A stretch of DNA of 64,000 nucleotides from a virus (Duplodnaviria > Caudoviricetes), in the IMG/VR virus record IMGVR_UViG_3300028364_000013; one strand, given 5' to 3'. Of this stretch, positions 59,767 to 64,000 are shown piece after piece (the stretch's first letter is position 1; each line of letters opens with the position of its first letter). The position numbers and the translations under genes are program-made. The notes below the pieces were generated by a model. That model had not been told where the DNA came from. It saw nothing but the letters and a program-made list of their open reading frames with translations, and ran no database searches.

Positions 59767-60075
59767 TTAAATACCTATGTATATGTTTGTGCTAACTTCT
59801 TCATCAAGCTTGACAGATACGTTATTTGCTACAAAAACTACTGATGTAATGTTGTTTTTTGCGTACAATTGATAGTCTCCAATTGTACTTGCTGACCAAG
59901 ATGCTGTAAACACACCTCTCGCTGCATCAGATAACGCAACGTTTATGGTAGCTCCAGTGTACGCAACCCCGTCTCTATACATTGTTGTATCAAATGTTGC
60001 GCCAGCGACAGGATTGTTATCTAAGTCGAGAGACACTATTTGTTCATACACGGTTTGCCCTGTTCCAATTATCAT
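59767..60075 (-). CDS. Small beta-rich (Ig-like) hypothetical protein
   Basis: ORF with TATTTATA upstream; alternating hydrophobic strands. Confidence 0.65.
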   Translation of the reverse strand: MIIGTGQTVYEQIVSLDLDNNPVAGATFDTTMYRDGVAYTGATINVALSDAARGVFTASWSASTIGDYQLYAKNNITSVVFVANNVSVKLDEEVSTNIYIGI

Positions 60076-60108
60076 ACTAAGTCTTTTATATAAATAGAAC
60101 TAAAAAGA

Positions 60109-61047
60109 TTATTCTTCCACCTCTTTGAATACATTCGACCTGGTAATCTTATATTTTTTAACATTTCCAGATTTTGCATTAATATAACCTTCTTTCCACC
60201 ACTTAAGCATTTGCTCTTTATCAAATATCAAAGAATTCTCTGTCAATCCATATGGTGTGTAATAAATATTTATTGAGATTTCTCTCCCATGTGACTCAAG
60301 CTTATTAAGGTCAATATTATCCTTAGCTATCTTTCTCATCAAAATCTCTATCAGCCTAACAAAGTATTGAAATAAATTATTAATCATAGCTCTCTTAACA
60401 ACACCAAAGCCTTCTGGGCTTAACACAATTACATCAATTTCAGTTGCCCCATTCTCAATAGCTACTTGAATTGGTATATGTTGATGAATTGCTCCATCAG
60501 CATATTGGTTCCCGTCTTTTTCTAAAATAGATGTGTATATTGGAGCATTACAAGATGCCCAGAGCCAATCAACGAAATCCTCATACGAATTATCGTTTGA
60601 AGATTTGAACTCAGCCCTTTTGTCTGTAAGGTTTGAAACCACTGCGATAACTTCTTTATCGGATTTATAAAGTCTTTCAAAATGTTTTTCAGTAAAATGT
60701 TTCTTTATTAAATTCCTTAAGTTATCAGTTTCTCCAATAGTTTTTTTGGATGTAATTAACCTTTTGATTGCATTCCACCTTCTAACACTGCCATCTTCGT
60801 TAAAGGGGTTTATTGAGAATATATCTTCAGTTGTAATGCTTGTATATCCCTCTTTTAGTATGCTTAATTCTCGTATAGATGACAATGGAGCAAGAAGACT
60901 TCCTGTTGATGTTCCCACGTAAAGGTCATAATCTTTGTCTTGGTCTTCGAGAAGATGTTGTATTACTCCACCAGCCCAAGCGCCTTTTGCCCCTCCACCA
61001 GAAATACACAAAGCTCGTTTTCTTTTTTTTACCCCTTTACTTCCCAT
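60109..61047 (-). CDS. Patatin-like phospholipase 1
   Basis: ISGGGAKG, GTSTG nucleophile elbow, ASCNAP, YADGA. Confidence 0.9.
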   Translation of the reverse strand: MGSKGVKKRKRALCISGGGAKGAWAGGVIQHLLEDQDKDYDLYVGTSTGSLLAPLSSIRELSILKEGYTSITTEDIFSINPFNEDGSVRRWNAIKRLITSKKTIGETDNLRNLIKKHFTEKHFERLYKSDKEVIAVVSNLTDKRAEFKSSNDNSYEDFVDWLWASCNAPIYTSILEKDGNQYADGAIHQHIPIQVAIENGATEIDVIVLSPEGFGVVKRAMINNLFQYFVRLIEILMRKIAKDNIDLNKLESHGREISINIYYTPYGLTENSLIFDKEQMLKWWKEGYINAKSGNVKKYKITRSNVFKEVEE

Positions 61048-61655
61048 ATATATCCTTTACACTTAAATGTCCCTCTTCTTATACAATTTTGGATTGCTGA
61101 TGTATTAACGCCTATATTTCTTGCAGCCTCTCCATAGCTATTAAATTCTTTTATCAAACTCCCTTCTAAATCGTATTGATTGACTTTTTTAGAATTTACT
61201 GGTATTTGTCCTTTTTTAAATTCAGTTTTAGGACTTAACCTTTCTCCTTTTTTTATTCTTGTCTCTTTTCCGATTTCATTTCCCTTTTTAAAAGTTGTTT
61301 TGTTTGACTTAATAGAACCAATAACACCTTTATTCCATGGTACATTTCCCTTATCTACGCCATCTCCACCAGAAGTCTCATTGGTCAAATTAAATCCCCA
61401 GCACTTAAACTGTTCAATCCAATAACTCTCCCAAAACCTCCAATCTTCTTCTAAAATCTCGTCAATAACTTCTATAGCTGGTTCTAAATCTCTTTTTAGA
61501 AGACTTTTAATCCAAGCCTTCTTGTGTGATGTAGTTGATTTTTTGCTTTCATTTATATGTCTATTTAATCTTTTTGCAATATTTGTAGTTTTTCCAACAT
61601 ACTTAACATCATTTGTTAATGGGTCAATCAACACATATATAATTACAGTCCTCAT
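61029..61655 (-). mobile_element. Free-standing GIY-YIG homing endonuclease gene with NUMOD-type C-terminus
   Basis: IIYVLIDPLTNDVKYVGKT...RLNRH, GFNLTN, PWNKG, KKVNQYDLEG...FNSYGEAAR. Confidence 0.88.
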
Positions 61656-61669
61656 AACTATAAATAGTT

Positions 61670-61738
61670 AAAATTTTTGCCCCCACCACTAATTACAAAA
61701 TTTTTTAAGTTTTCCTGGTATGTTTTTTCTTCTGCCAT
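61670..61738 (-). pseudogene. Orphaned patatin N-terminal remnant (23 codons)
   Basis: Own translation MAEEKTYQENLKNFVISGGGKKF*, matching the ISGGG loop of the downstream patatin. Confidence 0.5.
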
Positions 61739-61742
61739 AAAA

Positions 61743-61771
61743 AAAGGAGTTATAAAAAATATAACTCCTTT
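61743..61771 (-). terminator. Terminator hairpin after patatin 2
   Basis: AAAGGAGTTATA-AAAAA-TATAACTCCTTT with U-run. Confidence 0.75.
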
Positions 61772-61793
61772 CTATGATAAAATCAATTTTATC

Positions 61794-62834
61794 TTATTTC
61801 TTTTTATTTGTCTTTCTTGCCTTCATCTTGATGACCTTGCAGCAACCTTCTTTGTGTGCATGATTGTTTTCCATATATTCATAACCCTCTTGCCACCAAT
61901 TAGTCATCTGTTCCTTATTAAAGTACATTGCATTATCAGTAAGGTGTCTTGGTGCGTAGTATATTTTTAAAGTAACATCTTTATCTTTGGCCATATTTTT
62001 TGCATTATCAATATCTCTTTCCATTGCCTCACGAAGAGAAATATCAAACATTCTGGCAAGTAATTTAAGAGGGTTTGCTCCAAATTCTGGCTCCATATCT
62101 CCCATGTACTCTTCCGTGTTTGTAGAAATTGCGTCAATTTCAGTTGCTCCATTAGAAATAGCTTGAGAAATTGGCATATGCTCTTTAAATCCACCGTCAG
62201 CATAATAATCAGAATAAATCGTTGGATGTTCTCCGTTATGAATTATGTTTCCATTTTCATCAACAACCTTTCTTGAAATAGAGGTGAATGGAACTGCGCA
62301 TGCAGAAGTCCATGTCCATTCTACAAAATCCTCATATCCTTTTCTGTTTCTACCAAGAGACTTCATGTCAAAATACATCGTCTTATTTTTTGACATGTTT
62401 GTAACAGTTGATGTCATGTTGATTCCGCTGTCATATGCAAGAAGATATTTCTCGTAAGGAAAAAACTTTTTAATTGTTTCTTTAAACTTTTTATTGTCTC
62501 CAAAAGTAGGTTCTTTTCTAAAAAGAATCATTCTCACTACAGACCATAAATTAATATCTGCCTGCCCTGACTTTTTTGGGTCTTTTACTTTTTTGAATGG
62601 GCTTACGTCATACATACCTTTAATGTCCATGGAAGTGTAACCCTCCTTTAGAGCTGTAAAGTCATTGATTGATGCAAGCATTTGTAGAAGTGTTCCAGTT
62701 GATGTGCTGAGATACATATCATACTCTCTACCTTCTTTGAGTTTCATATGCTCCAGCATCCCTCCTGTGAATGCTCCCTTAGATGCTCCACCACTTAAGC
62801 AAAGAGCTCTTTTTATTTCGCTTTTTACAATCAA
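61794..62834 (-). CDS. Patatin-like phospholipase 2
   Basis: LSGGASKG, STSTG variant elbow, SACAVPF, YADGGF. Confidence 0.85.
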   Translation of the reverse strand: MIVKSEIKRALCLSGGASKGAFTGGMLEHMKLKEGREYDMYLSTSTGTLLQMLASINDFTALKEGYTSMDIKGMYDVSPFKKVKDPKKSGQADINLWSVVRMILFRKEPTFGDNKKFKETIKKFFPYEKYLLAYDSGINMTSTVTNMSKNKTMYFDMKSLGRNRKGYEDFVEWTWTSACAVPFTSISRKVVDENGNIIHNGEHPTIYSDYYADGGFKEHMPISQAISNGATEIDAISTNTEEYMGDMEPEFGANPLKLLARMFDISLREAMERDIDNAKNMAKDKDVTLKIYYAPRHLTDNAMYFNKEQMTNWWQEGYEYMENNHAHKEGCCKVIKMKARKTNKKK

Positions 62835-62837
62835 TTT

Positions 62838-63752
62838 CTATATGTTAATTTTTGAAACTATATAGTCTCTTATTGTTACTTTATCATTTGTTTTTGGCAC
62901 AAAATTGTCCAACCTTGAATAGGTGGAATTTAATACTTTTTCCACCAACAAAACATTCGATTTTTGAGAATCTTTTTTGTTTCCGTATTCATAGTAATCT
63001 GAAATTCCGCTTGATATATCTTTCATAAAAGGCATAGCATCAGACTCAGCTTCCAATATGCCACTCAAATCTGCAGAGGTTAAAATAATTAATCCAACAG
63101 TTTCTATTATCAATTTATTTATTAAATTTCTTCTCCTCCTTTTTCCTTCATCTCTCGCTCGAATACCATCGTAAAATTTTTCTGTTACCTTAGCATTGTT
63201 AGATATGGTGCCATCTTTTAGATACCAACTTCTAGTTACAGTACGTTTTTTAACATGCCCTGTATCATGCAGTTCGTAAACAGCTACATATTTTAAAATT
63301 TGATTTGAATAATTGAAGACTGTAAAACCATTGTAATCTATACTAACGCTTAAATCTGTATAATAATTACACTCGACTAAAAAACCTAATTCATCAAATA
63401 TATACTCTGGATGTAATTTGGTATTAACATCTTTTTTGTAATCCAAACTATGTGGTGTAATGTATTTATTTCTAACATTTTTTTGAGATATAGTATCCAT
63501 AGATAAATAATCATATATTTTGTAATAATTACCATCCCCGATACTATCAAAAAAGTCATCCCCTAAACCATCGTCTAATGATTGCATATAATCCAGATAA
63601 CCCTGTGGTGCTGTTTCATAATAAACCCAGCCATCAACTGGATAACTCCAAGCATCCTTTAGATTTATATCTAATTCATAATTCGGACCAGATATTTTAT
63701 TGTTAGCATAATACCATTGTTCATTATTTTCTTTATAAAATCCTCTTTCCAT
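62838..63752 (-). CDS. Hypothetical tail-fibre-associated protein
   Basis: Start MERGFYKE at 63752; N-terminal ...WSYPVDGWVYY module; follows a fibre-like gene. Confidence 0.65.
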   Translation of the reverse strand: MERGFYKENNEQWYYANNKISGPNYELDINLKDAWSYPVDGWVYYETAPQGYLDYMQSLDDGLGDDFFDSIGDGNYYKIYDYLSMDTISQKNVRNKYITPHSLDYKKDVNTKLHPEYIFDELGFLVECNYYTDLSVSIDYNGFTVFNYSNQILKYVAVYELHDTGHVKKRTVTRSWYLKDGTISNNAKVTEKFYDGIRARDEGKRRRRNLINKLIIETVGLIILTSADLSGILEAESDAMPFMKDISSGISDYYEYGNKKDSQKSNVLLVEKVLNSTYSRLDNFVPKTNDKVTIRDYIVSKINI

Positions 63753-63765
63753 ATTTAATATTTTT

Positions 63766-64000
63766 TTAAGATAACACCGTAAAACCTTTACCAGTTGCAA
63801 TTGACGGGGTACAAGTTGCTGCACCAGGGTTATTCCTTACATCAATTGTTTGAGAGCCCGCAGCTGTTCCAAGGCTCGTAAAAAAAGCGTTTATAGCTGC
63901 TTCAGTAAGTAAATTATTTTGAACAGAGACACCTCGTGTCAGTCCTGGCATTATTATTTTTTGAATTGAAAAACAGTCCCTAAACATATCATCAGCGTCG
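63766..64000 (-). CDS. C-terminal part of a leucine-rich/surface-repeat tail-fibre-like protein (partial)
   Basis: Open to the window edge; VSVQNNLLTEAAINAFFTSLGTAAGSQTIDVRNNPG. Confidence 0.6.
   Translation of the reverse strand, partial: DADDMFRDCFSIQKIIMPGLTRGVSVQNNLLTEAAINAFFTSLGTAAGSQTIDVRNNPGAATCTPSIATGKGFTVLS

Noticed and set aside
61029-61738. Group I intron interrupting patatin 1
   Set aside because: Only about 15 nt separate the remnant from the endonuclease start, and the endonuclease overlaps the patatin start, leaving no room for a ribozyme core
1-64000. Alternative genetic code (stop-codon reassignment), as in some large phages
   Set aside because: Long genes such as nrdA, portal, terminase and the 1673-aa hub are intact in the standard code, and TAA, TAG and TGA all occur as apparent stops
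1-64000. tRNA or rRNA genes
   Set aside because: Intergenic gaps are short and AT-rich; no cloverleaf or T-loop GTTCRA context found by eye

Overview
64 kb segment of a very AT-rich, large myovirus-type (T4-like gene set) phage genome read in the standard genetic code, mostly on the minus strand. It holds replication/repair genes (DnaE split by a split intein, DnaB, SSB, RecA, UvrD, 5'-3' exonuclease, divergent PolA, RNase HI, NrdAB, inactive-looking DnaQ), an RpoD-type sigma factor, ClpC/B, tail/baseplate genes (tape measure, hub with M15 peptidase, LysM-like, two T4 gp26-like paralogues), portal, terminase, two patatins, peptidoglycan hydrolases and several free-standing homing endonucleases. 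TTTG-N20-TAnnTTTG promoters and Flavobacteria-style DnaE/RpoD point to a Bacteroidota host. Three promoter classes can be read directly from the DNA: host-type, AACATT-N13-CGTATA (ECF-like) and TATTTAT(A/T) (late-like). The strongest new hypothesis is a late-expressed, apparently capsid-targeted divergent sigma factor (6157-7557) that could be injected to drive the AACATT/CGTATA promoters. No tRNA, rRNA or CRISPR array was seen. All annotations come from motif recognition by eye; no database searches were run.
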